Counted from the first letter of the stretch, positions 27,467-37,576 are shown. The stretch: 64,000 nucleotides of DNA from Oscillospiraceae bacterium (GCA_015066405.1 SVOM01000006.1:2319-66318); one strand, 5' to 3'. Notes: generated from the sequence alone by a model not told the origin. A program made the numbers and translations.

Positions 27467-28897
27467 TTATCTTGTGGGTTTTACGGTTATTGCGTTTTCT
27501 TCAGCATAGTTTGCGGTAGGACACTTCATAGTATCGCGGTCAAAAGTGGACGCGGGTTTTCCGTTTATCGCATGTATCCAACCTTTTTTCTCATACTGAC
27601 AGTAAACGTTACCATCGAGTGTCGGCAAATATTTTTCGCCCGCTGCCGCCGCTATTTGTATAAGTAAATAATCGGCACGGTCAAAAATGTTGTTTCGAAT
27701 AACAAAGTTTTTGCTCTTGTTTTGATGTCCCGCCCAAGATTTAAGGCAAGAGGGTGTATAGCGGTCGGGGCGCTGATTACCAAAGCCATAGCCATTTTTA
27801 CGGCATATATTGTTTTCAAAAACAACATCATAAAAACCGAAGCCTGTATCGGCCTTGTGCTTGCGATTTTCATCAAATTCGGTTAAGAAATACTCATAGT
27901 CGTATGTATTGTTTTCAAACAGATTGCCGCTAAATACACAGTTTGTAACTGTTACGGGTATATCGTTGGACATACAGCCGTTAAACTGCTGGGTAAGTGC
28001 CGCATCGTAGCACTGATTAAAATAGCAGTTATAAACCTTTAGGTTGTCGCATCCACCCCAAATTTCAAAGCCGTTACCAAAACGTATTGTGCTTTTTGTA
28101 ACATCTCCCTGCAAAGAGCCGCCTATCCACTCAAATTCACAGTTCCTAACAGTAAAATCGGTGAAGCCGTAGTTATAAATACCGCCTGATACAGGGTAAT
28201 CAACAGTACCGAAGCCGATACCGAAGCCACCTGTGTATCTAAATGCAATGCCATCAACCACAGCGCCTGTGGGACGACATTCATCGGATGCCGAGAACAT
28301 ATTGTAGAGTGAACCTATGTCTATTGTGTTCCAGCGTTCTTTCGGGTTGCCTTTTTCAGAGCAAAGGTAGAGCTTATAGCCCACAATATCGTGGTAATAT
28401 TCTAAATCAAGCTGTGGGGTAAGGTTTTCATCCTGACCTTTAACTAATTTATAGCCCCACTCTTTATCGCCGTCAAAAATAATGTTGCCGATATCAAACT
28501 GGTGGTCAAGAGTGATAGAGTAAATATTGTTGCCTTCGTATTTCCAGTCAAGTGTAGTACCATCCACGTTATATGCGCGAAGGTCGGGCTTTGCGCCCTC
28601 TCCAAAGCTTGAATATGTAACACCGGGCTTCATAAGCAAACCGCGTCTACGAAGCTTCAATGGGCGGAAAATGTCTCCACAGCGGAAAAGCACCGCATCC
28701 CCTACATTTAATTTATCGGAATTGTTATCAACCGCATCGATTGATTTCCAGGCAGTTTCGGGGGAGAGACCGTCATTATTATCATCTCCGTCAGCCGATA
28801 CGTAATATGTTGTGCCTTTGATGTCTAACTCAGGCTTTGCATTACGGATTTTCTCACGCAGAGCGCGGGATTTGTGTTCAATTTCTAAAAAGGTCAT
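27467..28897 (-). CDS. right-handed beta-helix (pectate-lyase-fold) protein, paralogue 1; no signal peptide
   Basis: 476 aa. KGTTYYVSADGDDNNDGLSPETAWKS entry motif. Confidence 0.8.
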   Translation of the reverse strand: MTFLEIEHKSRALREKIRNAKPELDIKGTTYYVSADGDDNNDGLSPETAWKSIDAVDNNSDKLNVGDAVLFRCGDIFRPLKLRRRGLLMKPGVTYSSFGEGAKPDLRAYNVDGTTLDWKYEGNNIYSITLDHQFDIGNIIFDGDKEWGYKLVKGQDENLTPQLDLEYYHDIVGYKLYLCSEKGNPKERWNTIDIGSLYNMFSASDECRPTGAVVDGIAFRYTGGFGIGFGTVDYPVSGGIYNYGFTDFTVRNCEFEWIGGSLQGDVTKSTIRFGNGFEIWGGCDNLKVYNCYFNQCYDAALTQQFNGCMSNDIPVTVTNCVFSGNLFENNTYDYEYFLTEFDENRKHKADTGFGFYDVVFENNICRKNGYGFGNQRPDRYTPSCLKSWAGHQNKSKNFVIRNNIFDRADYLLIQIAAAAGEKYLPTLDGNVYCQYEKKGWIHAINGKPASTFDRDTMKCPTANYAEENAITVKPTR

Positions 28898-28908
28898 AAC
28901 AATTCTCC

Positions 28909-30324
28909 TTACTTTCTTGTAATGATAGTTATTGCATTTGCTTCGGCATAGTTTGCAGTGGGGTTTTTAATAGTATCGCCATTAAAAACAGAGGCGGGTT
29001 TACCCTTGACTTTTCTTATCCATTCCTTATTTTCATACTGGCAGTAAACGTTACCATCAAGCGTTGGCGCATATTCCTCGCCGGCACCTGCCATAATTTC
29101 CAAAAGACAATAATCAGCGCGGTCGAAAATATTGTTTTTAACAACAAAATTTTTACTCTTGTTTTGATGTCCCCACGCCTTTAAACAGGCGGGAGAATAG
29201 CGAGCAGGGCGCTGATTACCAAAACCATAGCCGTTTTTGCGGCAAATATTGTTTTCAAATGAAACATTGAAAAAGCCAAAGCCCGAGTCGGCTTTGTGTT
29301 TTCGGTTTTCGTCAAACTCGGTTAAGAAATATTCATAATCGTAGGTGTTGTTTTCAAATAAGTTATTGCGGAATACACTGTTCTCAACAGTAACGGGGAA
29401 ATTTGTACCCATTTGACCGCTGAATTGCTGGGTTAAAGCCGCATCATAGCACTGGTTAAAGTAGCAGTTTTCAACAAGCAAATTACTGCCTCCACCCCAA
29501 ATTTCAAAGCCGTTACCAAAACGGGTGGTGCTTTTTGTGGGGTCGCCCTGTATAGAGCCGCCTATCCATTCCATTTCGCAGTTTCGAACTGTAAAATCAG
29601 AAAAACCTTCGTAATAGGGCAGGGCATTGGGGGGATATTTTACGGTGCCGCCGCTAATAGCAAATGCACCCGCATATTTAAGTGTAAGGCCGTCGATTAC
29701 AACACCCGACTCAACACCGTGTAAAATGGTACAGCAGTTGCAAATGTGCATATCCTTCCAACGTTTAGCGGGCTCGCCTTTTTCAGAGCACAAATAAAGC
29801 TTGTGGCCCGAGACGTCGTGGAAATAGTCAAGGTCAAGCGTGGGGGTTGTATCTTCATCGCGTCCCTTAACCTTTTTATAACCCCACTCTTTGCCTTCAT
29901 CAAAAACAATGTTGCCGATATCTAACTGGTGGTCGATATCGAGAGAATAGAGTATATCTGATTCTTTCTTCCAGTTAAGCGTTACACCGTTTACGGCCGT
30001 ACCGTAAATTATCGGCTTTTTGCCTTCACCGAAAGAAGAATATGTAACACCCGGGCGAAGCTTAATACCTGAGCGGCGAGGATATGTGGGGCGGAAAATA
30101 TCGCCACAGCGGAAAAGCACCGCATCCCCGGGATTCATTTTTTCAGAATTGTTAAATGGGCCGTCAAGTGTTTTCCAAGCGGTGTTGGGGGAGAGTCCGT
30201 CATTTTCATCATTGCCATCATGTGATACATAATAGGTAGTGCCTTTAATGTGTAACTCGGGCTTTGCATTACGGATTTTCTCACGAAGCTCACGAGATTT
30301 CATTTCAATATCATAAAAAGTCAT
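28909..30324 (-). CDS. right-handed beta-helix protein, paralogue 2
   Basis: 471 aa. 62 of the first 80 residues match paralogue 1. Confidence 0.8.
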   Translation of the reverse strand: MTFYDIEMKSRELREKIRNAKPELHIKGTTYYVSHDGNDENDGLSPNTAWKTLDGPFNNSEKMNPGDAVLFRCGDIFRPTYPRRSGIKLRPGVTYSSFGEGKKPIIYGTAVNGVTLNWKKESDILYSLDIDHQLDIGNIVFDEGKEWGYKKVKGRDEDTTPTLDLDYFHDVSGHKLYLCSEKGEPAKRWKDMHICNCCTILHGVESGVVIDGLTLKYAGAFAISGGTVKYPPNALPYYEGFSDFTVRNCEMEWIGGSIQGDPTKSTTRFGNGFEIWGGGSNLLVENCYFNQCYDAALTQQFSGQMGTNFPVTVENSVFRNNLFENNTYDYEYFLTEFDENRKHKADSGFGFFNVSFENNICRKNGYGFGNQRPARYSPACLKAWGHQNKSKNFVVKNNIFDRADYCLLEIMAGAGEEYAPTLDGNVYCQYENKEWIRKVKGKPASVFNGDTIKNPTANYAEANAITIITRK

Positions 30325-30338
30325 TGCTATAATCTCCT

Positions 30339-31712
30339 TTATCTTCTTGCAACTACTATCGTTGCATCATCCTCTGTATAATCAAGTTTCCCGTTTTTGA
30401 CAGCGGTCTCGCTGAAAACAGAAACAGCTTTTTGGCGCTGAATACCGAGCTTTCCAAGGTATTGGCAATATGTATTGCCTTTAAGTGTTGGTATCCATTC
30501 ATCCTCATCTGCCATAATCTCTACCAATCGGTAATCGGCTCTATCAAAAACATTATTGCTTATAACAAAGTTAACCGCTTTATTACGGTGTCCCCAGCTT
30601 TTTATGTGTGCGGGAGTGTAGCGGTTGGGACGTTGATTGCCAAAGCCGTAACCGCAAAGCCTACAAATATTGCTATCAAATAAAATGTTTGTAAATTGAG
30701 ATAATGAATCAGGCTTTCGCTCGCGCGTACCGGGAATAAACTCGGTTAAGAAATATTCAAAACTGTACACACTGTTTTCAATAAGATTATTTCGCATTAT
30801 AACATTTTCAATATTAAGCACTTTGTGGTCAGAGAAGGAGCCCTGATACTGTTGAGTAACGGCAGCATCGTATATCTGGTTAAAGTAGCAGTTTTCTATA
30901 AGAACGCCATCACAACCGCCCCAAACCTCAAAGCCGTTGCCGTAGCGGCTGTTCTTGCTTGATTCGCTACCGCCTATCCACTCGAATTCGCAGTTGCGAA
31001 CGGTAAAATTATAAATATTATCGTGCCGCGGCGGACCGCCTACGGTATAGTCAAGCGAACTAAGACCAATGCCGTGAGAGCCTGTGTATTTAAGGGTTAG
31101 TCCGTCAACTGTGCAGTTGTTAGGACAGGTGCCGTGCATATTGGCTATTTTTGGGCAAAGTTCAATGCTGCTCCAACGCTCATTGGGATAGCCCTTTTCG
31201 GAGTAGAGATAAAGCACGCCTGCTTCTACATCGTGATAAAAGTCTAAATCCAATTCGATGGTAGGTGCCGATTCAAATTTTTTATAGCCCCACTCTTCGC
31301 CATGGTTAAAAACGATATTTCCTATATCCTTTTTAAGAGGGAATGGTATCGAATATACATTTTCGGTAATTTTTTTCCACTCTTTTTCGGCGGCATTAAA
31401 GGGAGAAGCCCAAATTTCAGGCTTTGCACCCTTGCCAAAAGAAGAATAGGTCATATCTGCTTTTAAGTGTATATCACCGCGGAAAATATCGCCGCATCTA
31501 AAAAGCACCGCATCACCCACACCAAAATTATCGCAATTTTGATTAACACGCTCGGTTGTTTTCCAGGCGGTGTTGGGGCAAAGTCCGTCATTTTCATCAT
31601 TGCCGTCAAGAGATACATAATAGGCAGTGCCTTTAATATTGAGCTCGGGTTTTGCGTGACGTATTTTTTCCCTAAGCTCACGCGACATTTTCTCTATAAT
31701 CACTTCATTCAT
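30339..31712 (-). CDS. right-handed beta-helix protein, paralogue 3
   Basis: ATG at 31712 (MNEVIIEK) with a GCGGGG RBS. Same architecture, more diverged. Confidence 0.8.
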   Translation of the reverse strand: MNEVIIEKMSRELREKIRHAKPELNIKGTAYYVSLDGNDENDGLCPNTAWKTTERVNQNCDNFGVGDAVLFRCGDIFRGDIHLKADMTYSSFGKGAKPEIWASPFNAAEKEWKKITENVYSIPFPLKKDIGNIVFNHGEEWGYKKFESAPTIELDLDFYHDVEAGVLYLYSEKGYPNERWSSIELCPKIANMHGTCPNNCTVDGLTLKYTGSHGIGLSSLDYTVGGPPRHDNIYNFTVRNCEFEWIGGSESSKNSRYGNGFEVWGGCDGVLIENCYFNQIYDAAVTQQYQGSFSDHKVLNIENVIMRNNLIENSVYSFEYFLTEFIPGTRERKPDSLSQFTNILFDSNICRLCGYGFGNQRPNRYTPAHIKSWGHRNKAVNFVISNNVFDRADYRLVEIMADEDEWIPTLKGNTYCQYLGKLGIQRQKAVSVFSETAVKNGKLDYTEDDATIVVARR

Positions 31713-31747
31713 AATAGGCACCCCGCAGATATTTTTTATTCGTGGTT

Positions 31748-31776
31748 ATTATATCACGGCAGGTGCCTAAAAACAA
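31748..31776 (-). promoter_or_regulatory. extended -10 promoter of the beta-helix triplet
   Basis: Minus strand TTGTTT, 17-nt spacer ending in TGA, then TATAAT (so TGATATAAT). Confidence 0.55.
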
Positions 31777-31783
31777 GACAAAA

Positions 31784-31823
31784 ATGCCAAAAAACACCGC
31801 TATTTTGCGGTGTTTTTTGGCAT
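31784..31823 (-). terminator. 17-bp perfect hairpin terminator after ppa
   Basis: ATGCCAAAAAACACCGC pairs with GCGGTGTTTTTTGGCAT, with T-runs on both strands. Confidence 0.8.
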
Positions 31824-31825
31824 TT

Positions 31826-32356
31826 TTATTTGCAATAATTATCAATATAACCGTCAATCGCTTGTGCGATGATTTTTTCGGCCTCGTTCCTGCCGCTCAC
31901 TTCATTAACGGCGGTTTCTTTGCCTTCCAATTCCTTATATACTTTAAAGAAATGTTTCATTTCATCAAATATATGTGTGGGGATTTCATCTATATTTTTA
32001 TAAGAATTATAGGTCGGGTCATTAAAGGGAATTGCTATAATTTTTTCATCGTTTCTTCCGTTATCAACCATCGAAATTACGCCTATAGGATAGCAACGCA
32101 CTGCCGTCATAGGTTTAAGTGTTTGTGAGCAAAGTACGAGTACATCCAACGGGTCAAGGTCATCGGCCCAGGTGCGCGGGATAAAGCCGTAGTTGGCAGG
32201 GTAGTGGGTTGATGTGTGCAAAATACGGTCGAGCATTAAAATACCCGTTTCCTTATCAAGCTCATATTTACATTTACTGCCCTTTTCAATTTCAATAACG
32301 GCAACAAAGTCCTTAGGGGTTATGCGTTTTGGGTTAATGTTATGCCAAATATTCAT
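31826..32356 (-). CDS. ppa: family I inorganic pyrophosphatase
   Basis: 176 aa, with EIEKGSKCKYELDKETG and YPANYGFIP. Confidence 0.93.
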   Translation of the reverse strand: MNIWHNINPKRITPKDFVAVIEIEKGSKCKYELDKETGILMLDRILHTSTHYPANYGFIPRTWADDLDPLDVLVLCSQTLKPMTAVRCYPIGVISMVDNGRNDEKIIAIPFNDPTYNSYKNIDEIPTHIFDEMKHFFKVYKELEGKETAVNEVSGRNEAEKIIAQAIDGYIDNYCK

Positions 32357-32365
32357 AGTTCTCTC

Positions 32366-32806
32366 CTATTTATTTTCAATAGTTGTAATCATATCAACGC
32401 GGCGCTGATGTCTGCCGCCTTCAAACTCGGTATCAACAAAAAGGTCAACAAGTTCTATTGCTGTACCAACGCCGATAACTCTGCCACCAAGGCAAAGTAT
32501 ATTTGAGTTGTTGTGAAGGCGTGTATATTTAGCCGAAAAATGCTCACTGCAAGCGGCGGCGCGTATACCCTTTACCTTGTTCGCGGCAAGCGACATACCT
32601 ATACCTGTGCCGCATACGAGTATGCCAAGCTCGGTTTCGCCCGATGCTATGCTATTTGCAACCTTCTCAGCAATTTCGGGATAATCAACCGATTTTTGCT
32701 CGTAAATACCAAAGTCCTTAATGTCAAAGCCGCGTTCTTTCAAGTGCTCTGCAATAGCGTTTTTGTGTTCAAGACCACCATGGTCGCAGCCAAGTGCAAT
32801 TTTCAT
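32366..32806 (-). CDS. rpiB: ribose-5-phosphate isomerase B
   Basis: MKIALGCDHGG, GTGIGMS. Confidence 0.92.
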   Translation of the reverse strand: MKIALGCDHGGLEHKNAIAEHLKERGFDIKDFGIYEQKSVDYPEIAEKVANSIASGETELGILVCGTGIGMSLAANKVKGIRAAACSEHFSAKYTRLHNNSNILCLGGRVIGVGTAIELVDLFVDTEFEGGRHQRRVDMITTIENK

Positions 32807-32807
32807 A

Positions 32808-33503
32808 TTAGTTTCCTCTTTCCTGTTTTAGTTTAAGTTCACGTTCTGCCTGTGGCAAACGAAGATATGTGGGTAGCAGTTTATCGGGTGTAACGGCAGC
32901 TTCACAGTCGCCTGCGGCGAGTATTACGCCTACGGCATTTTGATAGCGCCTTTCTTCCTCCGATAATATAATGTTGTTGTCGGCGGCATTATGGAAAAGA
33001 TAAGTGCCGTCCCCAACTATTATAACCTTTTTATCACTATATTTTTCTTTAATTTCTAATATAAGCTCATCACACATAAGCGCGCGGTCGGGTGTTAAGC
33101 GCGTAACAACACCACCGTTTATTTGGAATAAGGCATTATAAACCTGATTACATCTCGCATCCATAACCGCACATACAATACAGTCGGTATCTATGTAGTT
33201 ATATGCCATTGCGAGCAAGGTTGAAACGCCAACACATTTTGCGTTTGTCGGTGTGGCAAGTCCCTTTATGGCACTAATGCCGATTCTAACACCGGTAAAT
33301 GAGCCGGGGCCCGCGGACACTGCAAAGCAATCTATATCGGCAGGCTTTAAGCCCACTTTTTTGAGCATTTGCGCAATTTTGGGTAAAAGTGTTTGAGAGT
33401 GGGTTATTTTTAAATTTGCAAAGGAATGCTCTATGATTTTTCCATCAACACTTATCGCGCAGGATACGGGTGTGGCAGAGCATTCGGCCGCTAAAATTTT
33501 CAA
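32808..33503 (-). CDS. tsaB: tRNA t6A biosynthesis protein TsaB
   Basis: GPGSFTGVRIG motif, adjacent to tsaE. Confidence 0.88.
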   Translation of the reverse strand: MKILAAECSATPVSCAISVDGKIIEHSFANLKITHSQTLLPKIAQMLKKVGLKPADIDCFAVSAGPGSFTGVRIGISAIKGLATPTNAKCVGVSTLLAMAYNYIDTDCIVCAVMDARCNQVYNALFQINGGVVTRLTPDRALMCDELILEIKEKYSDKKVIIVGDGTYLFHNAADNNIILSEEERRYQNAVGVILAAGDCEAAVTPDKLLPTYLRLPQAERELKLKQERGN

Positions 33504-33928
33504 AGGTTATCAACTCCGCAAATTTTAATATTTCTTGTGTTTTCATCTAATTTTTCGATGGTGATATATATTGTGTTTTGGGGTAGCGCTCCTTCAATAT
33601 TCTCGCTCCACTCGGCCGCTACAACACCGCCCATATCAAGATATTCAAAAAAGCCTGTAGAATAAAGGTCCTCCCAATTATCAACGCGGTACATATCAAA
33701 GTGGTACAAATTAATTCGACCGCCAAGATACTCATTAACAAGTGAAAAGGTGGGGGAGTTTACCATACCCGTAAAGCCAAGACCACGGGCGAGTCCCCTT
33801 GTAAAACAGGTTTTGCCGGCGCCCAAGTCCCCACGAAAGGCAATAACCTCACCGCCCGCGAGTTTTTTTGCCAGCATTACAGCGATTTCCTCTGTTTGAA
33901 TATCAGAGTGGGATATAAATTCTTTCAT
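33500..33928 (-). CDS. tsaE: tRNA t6A ATPase TsaE
   Basis: GDLGAGKT P-loop. ATG at 33928 (MKEFISH). Confidence 0.88.
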   Translation of the reverse strand: MKEFISHSDIQTEEIAVMLAKKLAGGEVIAFRGDLGAGKTCFTRGLARGLGFTGMVNSPTFSLVNEYLGGRINLYHFDMYRVDNWEDLYSTGFFEYLDMGGVVAAEWSENIEGALPQNTIYITIEKLDENTRNIKICGVDNL

Positions 33929-33983
33929 TGTATTATCACCCACACAATTATACCACAAATAAATGGAAAATCAAACGTTTTCC

Positions 33984-34012
33984 TTGCATTTGTACACCTT
34001 ATAAAATATAAT
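33984..34012 (+). promoter_or_regulatory. sigma-A-like promoter
   Basis: TTGCAT, 17-nt spacer, TATAAT. Confidence 0.55.
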
Positions 34013-34035
34013 AACAGTATAAAAGGAGAGAAAAT

Positions 34036-35169
34036 ATGAAAATTTTTTCCAAAATTGCCGACTATATCCGCGAATGTGATAAAATATTTTTAATACTTTG
34101 TATTTTTACCACCTGTTACGGTTGCCTTGCGGTTATGTCCGCTACGCACCATACGGGTACTTACAGCGAGTTTTTTACCCAGTTTGGTGCTATGCTGTTA
34201 GGCCTTACTGTTGCGATAGGGATTTCGCTTTTTGATTTTTCTACATTTATAAAGTATTGGCCGCTCGCCGCGGCAGTGGGCTTAATACCCGTTATATTAA
34301 CCTTTTTTATAGGATATGCACCACCCGGCACTGATGATAAAGCGTGGCTTATTATCGGCGGCATATCATTTCAACCTGCCGAGCTTTTGAAGGTTATGTT
34401 TTTAATTACCTTTGCGGCGCATCTTGATAAAGTAAAGGAAAAAATCAACGAGCTTTTAACGCTGATACCTGTGTGCATACACGCGGCAATACCCGTTATA
34501 CTTATACATTTTCAAGGGGACGACGGCACGGCTATGGTTTTTGCCGTAATGGCACTTGGTATGATGTATGCTGCGGGGTTGAGAATTAGATATTTTCTTA
34601 TCGCACTTGCCGCGGCGGTGGTGGCCTCCCCGTTTGTATATTTCTTTGTTATGAATGACGACCAACGCTCGCGTATTATCAACATTTTAAGCGGTCAGGC
34701 CGATATTCAAAACGCAGGTTACCAGCAGTATCGCGGTTCGGTAGCTTTGGCTAACGGCGGATGGTTTGGTCAAGGCTTTTTAAAGGGCAGCTTAACACAG
34801 GTAGGCGGTGTGCCCGAAGGACACAACGATTTTATCTTTGTATCTATCGGCGAAGAACTTGGCTTTTTTGGTTGCCTTGCCGTAATTTTGTTGCTTGCGG
34901 GTATATGCATTCGCATACTTATGACCGCCAAAAAGTGTTCTAAAAAAAGCGGTACACTTATATGTGTTGGCGTTTTCTCAATGTTGCTTACACATATTAT
35001 TATAAATATAGGTATGTGCTTATCGCTCTTGCCCGTTATCGGTATAACCTTGCCGTTCTTTAGTGCGGGCGGAACATCACTGCTTTGCCTTTATATGTCG
35101 GCAGGCCTTGTGATGAGTGTCTATATGCATAGGAATTCAAGAACGCTGTATTTAAGAGATGATTATTAA
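34036..35169 (+). CDS. SEDS family protein (FtsW/RodA/SpoVE)
   Basis: 377 aa, about 10 TM helices, with GGISFQPAELLK and PEGHNDFIF. Confidence 0.88.
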   Translation: MKIFSKIADYIRECDKIFLILCIFTTCYGCLAVMSATHHTGTYSEFFTQFGAMLLGLTVAIGISLFDFSTFIKYWPLAAAVGLIPVILTFFIGYAPPGTDDKAWLIIGGISFQPAELLKVMFLITFAAHLDKVKEKINELLTLIPVCIHAAIPVILIHFQGDDGTAMVFAVMALGMMYAAGLRIRYFLIALAAAVVASPFVYFFVMNDDQRSRIINILSGQADIQNAGYQQYRGSVALANGGWFGQGFLKGSLTQVGGVPEGHNDFIFVSIGEELGFFGCLAVILLLAGICIRILMTAKKCSKKSGTLICVGVFSMLLTHIIINIGMCLSLLPVIGITLPFFSAGGTSLLCLYMSAGLVMSVYMHRNSRTLYLRDDY

Positions 35170-35173
35170 ACAA

Positions 35174-35200
35174 AAATTCCTCAGAAAATCTGAGGAATTT
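35174..35200. terminator. bidirectional terminator
   Basis: AAATTCCTCAG-AAAAT-CTGAGGAATTT. Confidence 0.8.
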
Positions 35201-35201
35201 T

Positions 35202-36386
35202 TTATTTACCTGTATAATCATTATCAAACGTAATAACGCACTCATATCTTGTATCAACCGTTTTTGCCGCGCGGCAGATTTCTTTTTTTAGAGTATCAAG
35301 CGGCATATCTACGCTCGACGGCACCACAACGTCAAAAATAAGATTTATGCGGTTATCACTTTTTGGGGTCATACGGAAGTCGTGCAATGAAAAGCCGTTA
35401 TCGATTTTGTACAAGGCCGCTGCGATAGTTTGCTTTGCGGCATCAATTTCTTCATTATCGGTTTCAATGGGGTCCATATGAATAACAAGCTCCACACCCA
35501 AATTTTCCTTAACCAGTTTTTCGCAAATATCAATTTTTTCGTGGCATACAACGATATCAACGCTTTCGGGCACCTCAACGTGCACCGATGCGAAAAGGCG
35601 GCTCGGACCATAGTTATGTACTATAAGGTCGTGAATGCCCAAAAACATATCGAACGACATTATATTTTCTTTTATTTGTTCTATAAGCTCGGGCTCGGGT
35701 AGTTTGCCGAGAATGACGTCAAGCGTTTCCTTGGCACTTGTAAAGCCCGATACTATAATAAATACAGCAACACCGATACCAAGCACAGCATCAAGATTAA
35801 AGCCTATATCTACAAATCGGGAAACAATAACAGCCAACAAAATAACTGCGGTTGAAATACTGTCGTTTACCGAGTCCTTTGCAGTGGCTTTGAGCGCATC
35901 GGAATTAATTTTTTTACCGAGTGCCATATTAAATAGGTACATAAGGAACTTAATAATTACCGAAACGGCAAGCACTATTATCGACCATATACCATAGTGT
36001 GGCATTTCGCTGCCCGAAAAAACTGCGGTGGCCGATTCTTTAAAGAGTTCAACACCAACAAGTATTATGAGAGCCGATACAATAAAAGCCGACATATATT
36101 CCATTCTGCCGTGGCCGTACGGGTGGTCGGAGTCGGCAGGCTTGCCCGCAAGCTTAAAGCCAATCATGGTAATAACCGATGAGCCCATATCGGAAAGGTT
36201 ATTAAGTCCGTCAGCAACTATAGAAATACTGTGGGCGAGAAGACCCACAGTAATTTTTATTGTGCATAGAAAAAGGTTTGATACTATACCGAAAATTCCG
36301 CCGAGCGTTCCTACACGGTTACGTACGGCGGCTTCACCCAAATCGCCTTTTTGCTTTTTTGCAAGATTAATTATAAAGTTTACCAT
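35202..36386 (-). CDS. cation diffusion facilitator family transporter
   Basis: Six TM helices plus a C-terminal cytoplasmic domain, with HSISIVADGLNNLSD. The start overlaps the ddl stop (TAATG). Confidence 0.88.
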   Translation of the reverse strand: MVNFIINLAKKQKGDLGEAAVRNRVGTLGGIFGIVSNLFLCTIKITVGLLAHSISIVADGLNNLSDMGSSVITMIGFKLAGKPADSDHPYGHGRMEYMSAFIVSALIILVGVELFKESATAVFSGSEMPHYGIWSIIVLAVSVIIKFLMYLFNMALGKKINSDALKATAKDSVNDSISTAVILLAVIVSRFVDIGFNLDAVLGIGVAVFIIVSGFTSAKETLDVILGKLPEPELIEQIKENIMSFDMFLGIHDLIVHNYGPSRLFASVHVEVPESVDIVVCHEKIDICEKLVKENLGVELVIHMDPIETDNEEIDAAKQTIAAALYKIDNGFSLHDFRMTPKSDNRINLIFDVVVPSSVDMPLDTLKKEICRAAKTVDTRYECVITFDNDYTGK

Positions 36387-37576
36387 TAGAATTTACTACC
36401 CTTTGCACCCTTTGCGCCTTTTGAACCAAAGGAAACGCCCGAGAGAATATTTGTGGGTATGGTAAATGTCAAATTCTCGCGAGAACGCTGTCTTTTAAAC
36501 GCAAGGTCAATAAGTTTATCCAAAAGCTCGGGGTATTTGATGCCTGTTGCATCCCATAAATAGAATGACAATGAGCCGGGTACGGTATTGATTTCATTTG
36601 CGTAAACCTCTCCCGTTTTTGAATCCATCAAATAGTCAATTCTCACAACACCGTTACAGCCGAGCGCCTTGAAAATATCACAGGAGAGCTTGCGGATTTT
36701 ATCGGTTGTGTTTTCATCCAATTCCGCAGGAATTTTTCTGGAGAGCGAGGCCATACCCTTTGATTTTTCGTTGCCCTCGTATTTATCTTTATAGGACAAA
36801 ATTTTATCGTGCATAATCGGCTCTTCAAGCACCGATGCCTCACACTCATCACGGTCGCCCATAACCGAGCAGTTGATTTCGCGAAGATTTTGCACAGCAC
36901 GTTCAGCCAACACTAACTCGGAAAACTTAACGGCTAATTCTATGGCATCAATAAGTTCTTCCTTTGTATCGGCTTTGGTAATACCAACGCTTGAGCCCAA
37001 ATTTACGGGTTTTATGATAACGGGCAAAGAGAACTCTGAAATGATTTTTTCTACAACACCATTACGGTCAAGTGAATATTCACGAGATGTAAATTTATAG
37101 CAGTCAAGTACGGGTAGCCCCGCATTTTTAAGTACATCCTTGTATATCGCTTTGTCCATACCAACTGCGGCCGATAAGATATCGCAACCAACGTAAGGCA
37201 AACCTAAAAGCTCAAAGAAGCCCGCAATGGCACCGTCCTCACAGTTTGTGCCGTGAACAATGGGCAGTGCAACGTCAATAATAACATCTTTACGGCGAGA
37301 TAAGAAACCGCTCTTTAAGTATTTCATTACAACATTCGCACCGCTTCTTACAATGCTTACAGGGTTGCTTGCAGATAAAAGGTACTGCATATTGCGGTAG
37401 TTTTCAATAAAGAAAAGCATAGGGCCTGTATACATTTCGGCATCCTTTGTTATATAAACGGGGATGATGTTATACTTTTCGGTATCAAGTGCCTTCATTG
37501 CCTGTACGGCGGAAATAATGGAAACCTCGTGCTCAACACTGCGTCCGCCAAAAAATACTGCTAAATTTGTTTTCAT
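36386..37576 (-). CDS. ddl: D-alanine--D-alanine ligase (long form) with a Lys-rich C-terminal tail
   Basis: FFGGRSVEHEVS, ATP-grasp fold, EINTVPG. The tail is GSKGAKGAKGSKF. ATG at 37576. Confidence 0.88.
   Translation of the reverse strand: MKTNLAVFFGGRSVEHEVSIISAVQAMKALDTEKYNIIPVYITKDAEMYTGPMLFFIENYRNMQYLLSASNPVSIVRSGANVVMKYLKSGFLSRRKDVIIDVALPIVHGTNCEDGAIAGFFELLGLPYVGCDILSAAVGMDKAIYKDVLKNAGLPVLDCYKFTSREYSLDRNGVVEKIISEFSLPVIIKPVNLGSSVGITKADTKEELIDAIELAVKFSELVLAERAVQNLREINCSVMGDRDECEASVLEEPIMHDKILSYKDKYEGNEKSKGMASLSRKIPAELDENTTDKIRKLSCDIFKALGCNGVVRIDYLMDSKTGEVYANEINTVPGSLSFYLWDATGIKYPELLDKLIDLAFKRQRSRENLTFTIPTNILSGVSFGSKGAKGAKGSKF

Noticed and set aside
27467-31712. Diversity-generating retroelement or phase-variation mechanism acting on the three beta-helix paralogues
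   Set aside because: No reverse transcriptase, template repeat, invertase or homopolymeric tract is present. Differences are spread across the genes, as expected for ordinary paralogue divergence.
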